Assembly: GCA_024276825.1 (NCBI GenBank)
Contig: JAJRWI010000076.1
Location: forward strand, 1 to 24,153
Direction: 5' to 3'
Length of the DNA stretch: 24,153 bases
Source of the DNA: an archaeon
GTDB lineage: Archaea > Asgardarchaeota > Thorarchaeia > Thorarchaeales > Thorarchaeaceae
Position 1 is the stretch's first letter. The number at the start of each line of letters is the position of its first letter. Position numbers and translations under genes: made by a program. Shown piece after piece: positions 1-8,211 of the stretch. The notes beneath the pieces were generated by a model. It worked only from the letters and a program-made list of their open reading frames with translations. It did no database searches and was not told the DNA's origin.

Positions 1-200
1 CGTCAAGTCCAGAAACCAATAACTCTTCAAGATTGTAAGATGATTTATTAGAATTCAGTATTATTAGACAAATACACTTTGGGTCAAATCCTGTTGCATA
101 ATCAAACAGGTTGGAGCGGAATCATCAGCTATTAAATCTGAAGGCATGTGTCCTGTCAATTCTATGCTGAAGATTCTGTTCGAATTTGGAGTTGATATTA

Positions 201-2381
201 ATGAAAATGAACAATTTGGCCAGTCTTTTCATCATTATGATAATAATCTTGTCAATATTTTATTTGCCTAATCTGGCTGCAGGAATGGATGTCAATGGTA
301 AACCCGCAGATGCGAATCTGAAAGCAAAAGGACCCGTCCTAGATGGACCTTCTTTTGAAATGAATATGATGCGATTCTCTGAAGCCTCACAGTTTTCTGA
401 TGAGATTGAATTCATTTGCTGGCAGGGCACGAGTCCCATAGCATATTTTGGCATCTCAAGTGTCTTTTACATAGTTGATGATAGTATCATTAAACTAGAA
501 TTTCCCAACTGTAATCAGGTTGTTCCACAGGGAATTAATCCCACAGGATCTATCACAAATTACATAATTGGAAATGACCCTGATAAATGGTACACTGGAC
601 TGAATGATTATACCTCTATCTGCTTCTTCGATATGTATCCGGGTATCGATCTAGTTTATTCAGTATCAGGTGGTACTTTGAAATACGAGTTTAGAGTCAG
701 TCCTGGTGCTGATCCCAATCTAATTCAACTAAGATATTCAAATGTGGATGAACTTAATGTCGACGATCACAAGATGACCATGTGGAAAGATGGCCTTGAA
801 TTGACTGATTCAGGTCTGGTTGCGTTTCAGAATGCATTCCAGACCTCAACCATCGACTGTACATTTTATCATCATTCATCAGATACAATTCGATTTGTTC
901 TGGGTGAATATGATCCGTCCAAAGAACTTGTTATAGATCCATTTGTGCAGTATAGTACCTTCATTGGTGGAAGCAACGAGGACTTGGGTCATGCGATTGC
1001 TGTCGAAGATGGGTATGTCTATATTACCGGTGAAACAAATTCTCAAGACCTACCTATCGATACAACAATTAGCTTTGGCAATCTTGAGTCCTTTAATTGC
1101 TTTATTATGAAATTCTCCACTGATGGCTCTCAACTTGTCTATACCACGCTTCTTGGCGGAAGCCAAATGGATGCAGCTTATGGCATTGCTGTCGAAGATG
1201 GGTTTGCATTTGTGACTGGCATTACTAATTCGAATGACTTTCCCACTGCTAATGCCTTTGACTCATCGTATGGTTATGGCTACGATTGTTTCGTAACTAA
1301 ATTAGCAAAAAATGGATCAACTCTCATCTACAGTACATATCTGGGAGGATCTAATGACAATGATGTTGCATATGATATAGATGTTGAGGAAGGTCTCGCG
1401 TATATTACAGGATTCACACTATCTGAGGACTTTCCAAAAGTTAATGCACTTGATTCGACTATTGAGAGTGCTGATTGCTTTGTAACAAAGCTGGCAGCAA
1501 ATGGGTCTGCGCTCATTTACAGCACTTTTCTCGGAGGAGGCTCTTCAGACACTGGTTTGGGAATTACTGTTGAAGATGGCTATGCATATATTTCTGGAAG
1601 TACTCTATCAGATGACTTTGCTACAATAAATGCATTTGATTCTACTCTCAATGGAGGAAAGGATTGTTTTATTACAAAATTGTCTCCAGATGGTTCATCA
1701 ATAATCTATAGCACATTACTCGGTGGCAGTATGGATGATGAGGCTAGCAGTATAGATGTGGAGGACGGCTATGCATATCTCACTGGCATTACTTATTCGA
1801 CCGACTTTGCAATCAAGAATGCATTTGATTCTACTCATAATGGAAACTCCGACTGTTTTATCACAAAAGTTGAGATTGATGGCTTGTCACTTGTATATAG
1901 CACCTTTATTGGTGGAATCGCTGTTGATGAGGCGAATGATATTTCTGTTGAGAACGGGGAAGCTTACATCATAGGTAAGACTACATCACCTGACTTTGTG
2001 ACTATCAATTCTTATGACTCTGATTTCAATGGGCTAAGTGACTGCTTTGTATCCAAACTTGCATCCAATGGCACTGCTATGATATATAGCACATACTATG
2101 GGGCCAATTCTGCAGATGTGGGCCTTGGTATTGCGGTTGAGAATGGCTATGCTTATATAACTGGAAAAACAAGTTCTGAAGAATTCCCAGTTCAAGATGC
2201 ATATGACTCTTCATATAATATGAATGGTGACTGCTTTGTTGCCAAATTTGCAAAAGATCCACCAATTCAACCACCATCAACTGGCTTTGATCTTATGCCA
2301 GTAGTATACATTGGTGCAGGTGTCTTGGGAATTGGAATTGTAGCACTAGTTATAGTTTCAAAGAGAAAATCAAAGACATGA
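201..2381 (+). CDS. Secreted, C-terminally membrane-anchored SBBP-repeat (seven-bladed beta-propeller) surface protein
   Basis: ORF track starts at TTG 186, but ATG 201 follows the RBS-like GGAGTTGA (ATG 207 also possible). Hydrophobic signal peptide, then an N-terminal domain with NYIIGNDPDKW, YPGIDL, LKYEFRVSPGADP and LVIDP motifs typical of SBBP proteins. Seven ~63-aa repeats YST(F/Y/L)xGG..D....I.VE.G..Y.TG.T.S.DF...DCF..K. Pro-rich linker, TM helix and basic tail KRKSKT. Confidence 0.88.
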   Translation: MKMNNLASLFIIMIIILSIFYLPNLAAGMDVNGKPADANLKAKGPVLDGPSFEMNMMRFSEASQFSDEIEFICWQGTSPIAYFGISSVFYIVDDSIIKLEFPNCNQVVPQGINPTGSITNYIIGNDPDKWYTGLNDYTSICFFDMYPGIDLVYSVSGGTLKYEFRVSPGADPNLIQLRYSNVDELNVDDHKMTMWKDGLELTDSGLVAFQNAFQTSTIDCTFYHHSSDTIRFVLGEYDPSKELVIDPFVQYSTFIGGSNEDLGHAIAVEDGYVYITGETNSQDLPIDTTISFGNLESFNCFIMKFSTDGSQLVYTTLLGGSQMDAAYGIAVEDGFAFVTGITNSNDFPTANAFDSSYGYGYDCFVTKLAKNGSTLIYSTYLGGSNDNDVAYDIDVEEGLAYITGFTLSEDFPKVNALDSTIESADCFVTKLAANGSALIYSTFLGGGSSDTGLGITVEDGYAYISGSTLSDDFATINAFDSTLNGGKDCFITKLSPDGSSIIYSTLLGGSMDDEASSIDVEDGYAYLTGITYSTDFAIKNAFDSTHNGNSDCFITKVEIDGLSLVYSTFIGGIAVDEANDISVENGEAYIIGKTTSPDFVTINSYDSDFNGLSDCFVSKLASNGTAMIYSTYYGANSADVGLGIAVENGYAYITGKTSSEEFPVQDAYDSSYNMNGDCFVAKFAKDPPIQPPSTGFDLMPVVYIGAGVLGIGIVALVIVSKRKSKT
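951..2250 (+). repeat. Seven intragenic SBBP repeats, ~189-nt period
   Basis: Seven protein repeats. Exact 19-nt DNA duplications 189 nt apart: ATTGCTGTCGAAGATGGGT at 996-1014 and 1185-1203; AATGCATTTGATTCTACTC at 1629-1647 and 1818-1836. Confidence 0.85.
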
Positions 2382-2478
2382 ATGGTAAGGAATCATCATC
2401 CCTAAAGATAGCAAAGGATAAATGTAGCAATTTGAATTGTTAGACATTAGGTAATCATAAAGGAAGGATGGTATAAAA

Positions 2479-4149
2479 TTGGAACGTCCATGGTTAAAGC
2501 ATTATGTTGAAGGGACTCCGCACGACATCGAAATCCCTGATGGCCCATTATGGATATATCTAGAAAGAGCAATACAGAAATATCCCGATAATTTGGCATT
2601 ATGGTTCGAGGGTCGAGAGGTGACCTATCGTGAACTTGGTGAGCTTGTTGAACGAGCAGCCAATGGTTTTGTAAAACTAGGAGTGAAGAAAGGCGATGTA
2701 GTAGCACTAATGCTGCCCAACTGTCCTCAGTTTGTAATCGCCTATTATGGTGCACTAAAATGCGGTGCGACAGTCACTCCAATAAATCCCCTTGCAATGC
2801 CAAAGGAACTTAGAATCTATCTTCAGGATACAGGTGCAAAGACAATAGTTGTGCTCAACTTCTTCTATAAGATCGTAGAGGCGGTTCGCGAGGAGTCGAA
2901 CCTTGAGAATGTGATAGTATCTGCAGCATGGGATATGCTGAGCAAGATCAAGCAGATCCTCGCACCAAAGCTCGTGTACAAGAAGGAGATGAAGGAAGTT
3001 CCGCCGCTGCGTGAGGGCGACATCCTCTGGAATGACTTTATTGCAAACACGGAACCAAAGGCACCTGATGTGACCATTGATCCTGATAATGACATTGCAG
3101 TCTATCAGTTCACAGGTGGTACTACAGGCATTCCAAAGGCAGCCATGCTCAGCCATAATAATCTCAAGGCAAATGTAGAACAGTGTAGTGCTTGGATGTC
3201 TTCGATTGGAGAAGAAGGAAAAGAGATGTTCGTTGCCGCTCTGCCATTGCAACATATTTTTGGTCAGACGGTGTCGATGAACCTTGCAATTAGCTGGGCA
3301 TCTTCAATGCTATTGGTCGTCAATCCACGAGATATTGAGAAGCTACTCAAGTTGATTCACAAACAAAGGCCAACATTTTTCCCGATAGTCGCAACACTCG
3401 CTATTGGAATATACAGCCATCCAAGCGTACACAAATACGACATTACCTCACTCAAGATGGCAATTGCAGGAGCAATGGCTTTACCTGCTGAGGTCACCCG
3501 TAGGTTCGAAGAAGCCACACAATCAATAATCATCGAAGGCTATGGCCTGAGCGAAGCAAGCCCTGTGACTCACGCCAACCCCTTGGACAAAGAGCGCAGG
3601 AGAGTTGGTTCTATCGGTCTTCCATTCCCGAGTACATATTGTAAGATTGTGGACTTGGATGACCGCACTAAGGAACTGTCCCCTGGCGAGGTTGGGGAGC
3701 TTGCAGTGAAGGGGCCTCAAGTCATGAAGGGCTATCATAATAGACCTGATGAGACCGCTGATGTTCTGAAAGATGGCTGGCTGTTCACAGGCGATATTGC
3801 AAAGATGGATGAAGAAGGTTGGACTTACATTGTCGACCGAAAGAAGGATCTGATCAATGCATCAGGCTATAAGGTATGGCCCAATGAAGTGGAAGAAGTC
3901 ATTATTGAACATCCAAAGGTAAAGGAGGTCGCGGTGATCGGTGTTCCTGATGAGGTTCGTGGCGAAACTGTGAAAGCATTCATAGTCCTTGAACCCGGGG
4001 AAACCTCAAGCCTTAAAGAGATCCGTGCCTTCTGCAAGGAGCGCATGAGTCCTTACAAGGTGCCAACACTTGTGGAGTTTGTAGATGATCTTCCAAAGTC
4101 AGCCGTTGGAAAGATACTCCGACGTGAGCTACGCGAGAAGACAGAGTAA
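2479..4149 (+). CDS. Long-chain fatty-acid--CoA ligase (FadD/LcfA-like, ANL adenylate-forming superfamily)
   Basis: N-terminal RPWLKHY, AMP-binding loop FTGGTTGIPKAAMLSH, EGYGLSEASP, GELAVKGPQVMKGY, GWLFTGD, DRKKDLI, and catalytic Lys in PKSAVGKILRR. TTG start after AAGGAAGG. Confidence 0.93.
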   Translation: MERPWLKHYVEGTPHDIEIPDGPLWIYLERAIQKYPDNLALWFEGREVTYRELGELVERAANGFVKLGVKKGDVVALMLPNCPQFVIAYYGALKCGATVTPINPLAMPKELRIYLQDTGAKTIVVLNFFYKIVEAVREESNLENVIVSAAWDMLSKIKQILAPKLVYKKEMKEVPPLREGDILWNDFIANTEPKAPDVTIDPDNDIAVYQFTGGTTGIPKAAMLSHNNLKANVEQCSAWMSSIGEEGKEMFVAALPLQHIFGQTVSMNLAISWASSMLLVVNPRDIEKLLKLIHKQRPTFFPIVATLAIGIYSHPSVHKYDITSLKMAIAGAMALPAEVTRRFEEATQSIIIEGYGLSEASPVTHANPLDKERRRVGSIGLPFPSTYCKIVDLDDRTKELSPGEVGELAVKGPQVMKGYHNRPDETADVLKDGWLFTGDIAKMDEEGWTYIVDRKKDLINASGYKVWPNEVEEVIIEHPKVKEVAVIGVPDEVRGETVKAFIVLEPGETSSLKEIRAFCKERMSPYKVPTLVEFVDDLPKSAVGKILRRELREKTE

Positions 4150-4191
4150 AAACAAAGATGCCGGGAACAACCCGGCCTCTATCTCTTTTTG
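4148..4191. terminator. Probable bidirectional terminator between convergent genes
   Basis: GCCGGG-AACAA-CCCGGC hairpin (4160-4176) flanked by an A-tract on the left and TCTCTTTTT on the right, in the 42-nt gap between two convergent stop codons. Confidence 0.65.
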
Positions 4192-4752
4192 TTAATCGAT
4201 TGGTTGAATTGAGCCAAGATCAAGGTTTTCAATCAGGCTATGAATCTCAGGACGTCCCATCAATTTCCTGCGGGTTTCGGATAGATTGTTAATCACACAG
4301 GCAATGCCCACAACACTCGCACCCAATTTCTCAAGTGTCTTAAGGACTGCAAGGATAGTGGTTCCTTGGATTAACCAGTCATCGATAATAGCCACTCGAT
4401 CTCCAGGGTCTATTGAGTCTGCGACCAATGCTAGGCGGTTATCGGCAAATCTGCTTGTGGGCATCCATTCTACAGGTCTATGATAGTCCTCTGGAAGATA
4501 GGCAATGGACCTACAAGGGACTATGCCACATCCCAAATAGTAAGCAATTGCACTTCCAAGAGCCAGACCACGCTGCTCGATTCCGATGACCTTATTGGGC
4601 TGCAACTCAACAAGAGGTCTGGCAAGTGTAACAACAGCCTTATGGAAAATATCAGGGTGCTCCAAGAGCCGACTAATATCAAGCATAGCCTCACCAGGCT
4701 TTGGCCAATCGCGAATTACCTCTACGTACTCTCGGAAATCTATGTCTGTCAT
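4192..4752 (-). CDS. Type I phosphoribosyltransferase, adenine phosphoribosyltransferase-like but divergent
   Basis: APRT-like N-terminus IRDWPKPG..LDIS.LL, GIEQRG, and PRPP-binding region GDRVAIIDDWLIQGTT. RBS-like GGGAG upstream. Several canonical APRT residues are altered, so no symbol is given. Confidence 0.8.
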   Translation of the reverse strand: MTDIDFREYVEVIRDWPKPGEAMLDISRLLEHPDIFHKAVVTLARPLVELQPNKVIGIEQRGLALGSAIAYYLGCGIVPCRSIAYLPEDYHRPVEWMPTSRFADNRLALVADSIDPGDRVAIIDDWLIQGTTILAVLKTLEKLGASVVGIACVINNLSETRRKLMGRPEIHSLIENLDLGSIQPID

Positions 4753-4925
4753 TTTGCTCCCTATTCATATCAAAACGAACATAGGATATTTACCTTTCTG
4801 TAACTACATCTGTTCTTGATATTTGACTCGAAACAGTTAAGAAACATATTTGAATAAGTAAAGCTGGCACTAATTGATGCGAGGGTCTTAAACTGATCGT
4901 TCCAGGAACTACTATTGCAGTTAAT

Positions 4926-6248
4926 TTGCTTCCCGGATATATTGAAATCAGAGACAAGGGTACTATTAAGAAGAAAATTCTAACGAAGAACAAGTCATTT
5001 GACGATGTGCTTGCAGAAGTGAAGGCATTTTTCAAAATACAGGGGAAGATACTTCCGCCAACCCTTCTTCATGATGTGCTAATTAAAATTGGCCTGCCAA
5101 AGGTCAAATTGATAATTCAGGATAAAGATATCGAACTTGAGCAGATATCTTCCGTTCGCCCCGAATTGATGGAAGGTCCAACTAAGCCAGCTTCAACATC
5201 AGGGTCCACACGGCCTCCAATGAAAACTGAAACATCAAAACTCGAAACTAACCCTGAAGAATCAACAGATAGAGAGCTCGAGGTTCCTGTAAAGATTGGT
5301 GATGCTGAGGTTGTCGATATTGTTGAAGCTCTAAGCGTTGTCGAGTCCTTAAGTGATTCATTCATGACTCCGCAACAATCGGATAAGGATGAGTCCCCTA
5401 AGAAGGAAGCTCCTCCTATTAAAATTAGTTTACAAGGAGTGGAAGAGATTCAAGCAACAGAGAGCAGTCAAGCCACTGTTATTCCTTCAGAATCCTCATC
5501 TTCTACTGCCGAGACCGAGTCTATAATTGAGCAGGAAACCGAACCAGAGCAAAATGAAGAAACGGAAGAAATTATTCATGAAGTTCAGAGTGAACAGACG
5601 GATACTATGTCTGAAATCCATGTCCCTGTTGCTGAGCCCTCAATTATGACTGGGACCATGCCCATTAAAGAAACAAGTGCTGCAATGGTAAAACCTTTGA
5701 TTGAGAAGAAAGCAATAATTCTTGGCGAAGAAGAAGTTGGAAAGCTAAACCTGATTACAAAGGCCGGCTTCTTACCAATCCTTACTGAGGATCTTTCAAC
5801 TCCTTACATTTATGAAAAGACATTCGAAACTGATACGCATCGTGTCAAGCTTAGAGTGTGGTCATTTGATCAGGCCTCATTGCAGAGTATATCTAGAAGA
5901 GTGTTTTACGCGAATGTTGATGTTGCAATTATTGTCTATTCAGCTGTTGACCGATGGAGCTTTCAAAGCATTGATTTCTGGCTTAAGGAGGCTGGGGCAA
6001 GTTCTGATCATCTTCCCCCACTTGTTATAGTTGCGAATAAGATAGATTTGAGAGACATTGCAGGGCCTCAGGCAGTGACCCACGAAGAAGGATTTGCCTT
6101 GGCTGAGAATCTTGCGAAATCAAGTGGGGTTGAAGACTCACTGCATCCAACTGGTTTCATTGAAACATCATGCACCACTGGTGAAGGTGTTGATGCTCTA
6201 TTTCAACTAGCTGCCGAATTGGCGATGAAGACAACTTGCGATGAATAA
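4926..6248 (+). CDS. Large Ras/Rab-like small-GTPase-domain protein (N-terminal domain, acidic disordered linker, C-terminal G domain with degenerate G1/G3)
   Basis: The C-terminal ~180 aa match the Ras/Rab pattern: AIILGEEEVGKLNL, VKLRVWSFDQ, FYANVDVAIIVYS..DRWSFQSI..WLKE, LVIVANKIDL (G4), VTHEEG..LA, FIETSC.TGEGVDALF (G5). Middle ~190 aa are E/S/T/P-rich. TTG start, position uncertain. Confidence 0.82.
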   Translation: MLPGYIEIRDKGTIKKKILTKNKSFDDVLAEVKAFFKIQGKILPPTLLHDVLIKIGLPKVKLIIQDKDIELEQISSVRPELMEGPTKPASTSGSTRPPMKTETSKLETNPEESTDRELEVPVKIGDAEVVDIVEALSVVESLSDSFMTPQQSDKDESPKKEAPPIKISLQGVEEIQATESSQATVIPSESSSSTAETESIIEQETEPEQNEETEEIIHEVQSEQTDTMSEIHVPVAEPSIMTGTMPIKETSAAMVKPLIEKKAIILGEEEVGKLNLITKAGFLPILTEDLSTPYIYEKTFETDTHRVKLRVWSFDQASLQSISRRVFYANVDVAIIVYSAVDRWSFQSIDFWLKEAGASSDHLPPLVIVANKIDLRDIAGPQAVTHEEGFALAENLAKSSGVEDSLHPTGFIETSCTTGEGVDALFQLAAELAMKTTCDE

Positions 6249-6362
6249 TTATTCCGAACTCAATGAATTTTTATTGTCTTGCGATAATACTCGATAAAGA
6301 TATATTTCACGCTTAAGTGTAATAAATTTGAATATCAGGAATTATTGAAAAAAGGTGATTTA

Positions 6363-6668
6363 TTGGCAATATTTTGCGAGTCTTGTGGAAAGGAGGTCGA
6401 ACCCCCTGAGTCAGCTAAGACTCTGGAGAAGAGTTTTGCCAATGATGAGAGGATGCAGCGCAGCCTATGCATTGAATGTTTTTCGAAGCGCTTTAAAGTA
6501 ACCTCCAGAAAGAGTTCAGGCTATGGCGGCACAATTTACAAGCTTGAGCCCAAGCCTGCGCCACGATTTGGACTTGGAAGCAAGACATTTTCTTGTCTAA
6601 AATGTGAATGGGTGGCATGGACTGAAGAAGGCCTTGCAGCCCACATGAAACAAAAACACTCTACTTGA
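6363..6668 (+). CDS. Small zinc-finger protein (N-terminal C4 site plus C-terminal C2H2 finger)
   Basis: TTG 6363 follows RBS AAGGTGA. CESC...CIEC pair, and FSCLKCEWVAWTEEGLAAHMKQKH = F-x-C-x2-C-x12-H-x4-H. Confidence 0.8.
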   Translation: MAIFCESCGKEVEPPESAKTLEKSFANDERMQRSLCIECFSKRFKVTSRKSSGYGGTIYKLEPKPAPRFGLGSKTFSCLKCEWVAWTEEGLAAHMKQKHST

Positions 6669-7320
6669 ATTGAAAACTTGCATCCTTTACAATCTCATAT
6701 CCTTCTAGTCTTAAACCCTTGATCTTTGACACAGCATTTTCAAGCATGCCCATCCGATAAGCTGCAGTCCTTGGACCTAGACCATGAAGCCAAGTTAATG
6801 ATACAAGATCCAATCGCTCATGGTTCATGAAATACTCTTTCAAGTCTGAAGCAATTGCATTGGTTCTCTCATACATGGCCAGAGTGAGTCCGGCACTGGG
6901 AATAAGAAATGCAATAAGAATCCAGATTGGAATAAAGGGATCATTAGCAAAGTAGTCGTAGAACAGAATGAATCCTGATATCATCGGTTGCATTAATGCC
7001 AATACAGTCAAAATCAGAGCAACATGCTGAGATGCGTGATCACTGCCAAGTCCCGCTATTCCGATAACATCTTGAGCTGGTGGAAATAGATAGACTAGAA
7101 CGCCCCCTGAAGTTATTCCTACAATCATGGATGAGAATAGAATATAGAGAGTGAATGCGAATGGATGAACTGACCAGATGCTGGGGAAGCTGATTAATGA
7201 CTGCATGACCAGCAGCACACAGAGGAGTGATGCCCCCACTGTAAAGCCTTTCCAGCAAAAATCCTCATGTGGTTGAATCATGTCGCTGATCAATCGTCTG
7301 CCCTTCCTTCGCAACATCAT
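6661..7320 (-). CDS. Uncharacterised 4-TM membrane protein with a soluble C-terminal tail containing an HhH-like motif
   Basis: 219-aa ORF with four hydrophobic segments and a polar C-terminal ~70 aa containing LTWLHGLGPRTA. The true start may be 27-40 nt downstream of 7320, after GAAGGAAGGG. Stop overlaps the zinc-finger gene end by 8 nt. Confidence 0.72.
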   Translation of the reverse strand: MMLRRKGRRLISDMIQPHEDFCWKGFTVGASLLCVLLVMQSLISFPSIWSVHPFAFTLYILFSSMIVGITSGGVLVYLFPPAQDVIGIAGLGSDHASQHVALILTVLALMQPMISGFILFYDYFANDPFIPIWILIAFLIPSAGLTLAMYERTNAIASDLKEYFMNHERLDLVSLTWLHGLGPRTAAYRMGMLENAVSKIKGLRLEGYEIVKDASFQFK

Positions 7321-7326
7321 TGAATG

Positions 7327-7455
7327 ATTTTATACTCATAAAATACATACTTTGAAATAAGCCTTGTTATTCCGATGTTATTCATTCCTTGTATTTTATT
7401 CTAATTTTAGATTCTAGCATCACTACGTCATCGCTTTAAACGTTGAATTTATAAT
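7327..7455. promoter_or_regulatory. Divergent promoter region with a palindrome and TATA-like box
   Basis: AT-rich 179-nt intergenic region. Perfect inverted repeat ATTTTAT-ACTC-ATAAAAT (7327-7344), tandem TGTTATTC copies near 7365-7383, and TTTATAAT at ~7448-7455 upstream of the ABC operon. Confidence 0.4.
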
Positions 7456-7499
7456 GACAAGTTTGGGTGTGAAAACAAGTATTCATGGAGCGGGATTAA

Positions 7500-8198
7500 T
7501 TGAACACTGAATTCATTGTTGACGTAGATTCTGCAACAAAGATCTATTCAATGGGGACCGTTAAAGTTCATGCGCTCCGTGGCGTTTCTCTTAAAGTTAG
7601 GAAGGGCGAGGCAATCGGAATCATGGGCCCTTCTGGATCAGGAAAGACCACTTTGCTAAACATTATTGGTGCACTCGACAAGCCAACAAGCGGGAATGTG
7701 ATAATTGATGGCATTGACATAACTGAGATGCCTGAAAAAGAACTGACTGGAGTCCGAAGAGAAAAGATATCATTCGTCTTTCAGTTTTTCAACCTCCTTC
7801 CGGTTCTTACTGCATGGGAGAATGTTGAGCTTCCTTTGCTTATTGCTGGTGTGCCAGAGGATGAACGTAGAGAGCGAGTGGATCATCTGCTTCAACTGGT
7901 GGGTCTAGCTGAAAGGGCTGAACATCGGCCTGATGAGTTGAGCGGTGGCGAGCAGCAGAGAGTTGCTATTGCTAGAGCTCTTGCCAAGCCCCATGGATCT
8001 ACAGGATCCATAATTGTTCTTGCCGATGAACCGACAGGAGACCTTGACAGTACAACTGGTGAGGAAGTAATGAGAGTTCTAATAGACCTCACCAAAGGAG
8101 AAGGTGGCACATTATTAGTTGTCACTCATGACCCCGAAGTTGGAGAGAAAATGGACAAGGTCTATCGTATGGAAGACGGAATGATATTCGAACCATAA
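7500..8198 (+). CDS. ABC transporter ATP-binding protein, LolD/MacB family
   Basis: Walker A GPSGSGKTT, Q-loop FVFQFFNL, signature LSGGEQQRVAIARAL, Walker B/D-loop LADEPTGDLD, H-loop VTHD. TTG start after GGAGCGGG. Confidence 0.95.
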   Translation: MNTEFIVDVDSATKIYSMGTVKVHALRGVSLKVRKGEAIGIMGPSGSGKTTLLNIIGALDKPTSGNVIIDGIDITEMPEKELTGVRREKISFVFQFFNLLPVLTAWENVELPLLIAGVPEDERRERVDHLLQLVGLAERAEHRPDELSGGEQQRVAIARALAKPHGSTGSIIVLADEPTGDLDSTTGEEVMRVLIDLTKGEGGTLLVVTHDPEVGEKMDKVYRMEDGMIFEP

Positions 8199-8211
8199 TG
8201 AGGTGTAAGGA

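Noticed and set aside
1-60. Possible 3' end of an upstream gene (frames ending VKSRNQ* at 22 or CKMIY* at 51)
   Set aside because: Too short to choose a frame or assign a product.
951-2250. Periodic DNA repeats considered as a CRISPR array or DGR template/variable repeat
   Set aside because: The period is a multiple of three inside an intact ORF. There are no unique spacers, no adenine-specific mismatch pattern, and no cas or reverse transcriptase gene.
4155-4185. Hairpin considered as a SECIS element
   Set aside because: The stem is too short and neither flanking gene has an in-frame TGA. No stop-codon readthrough candidate was found in the junctions inspected.
6230-6248. C-terminal Cys (KTTCDE) of the GTPase-like protein as a prenylation signal
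   Set aside because: It does not fit CaaX, CC or CxC, and the following residues are acidic.
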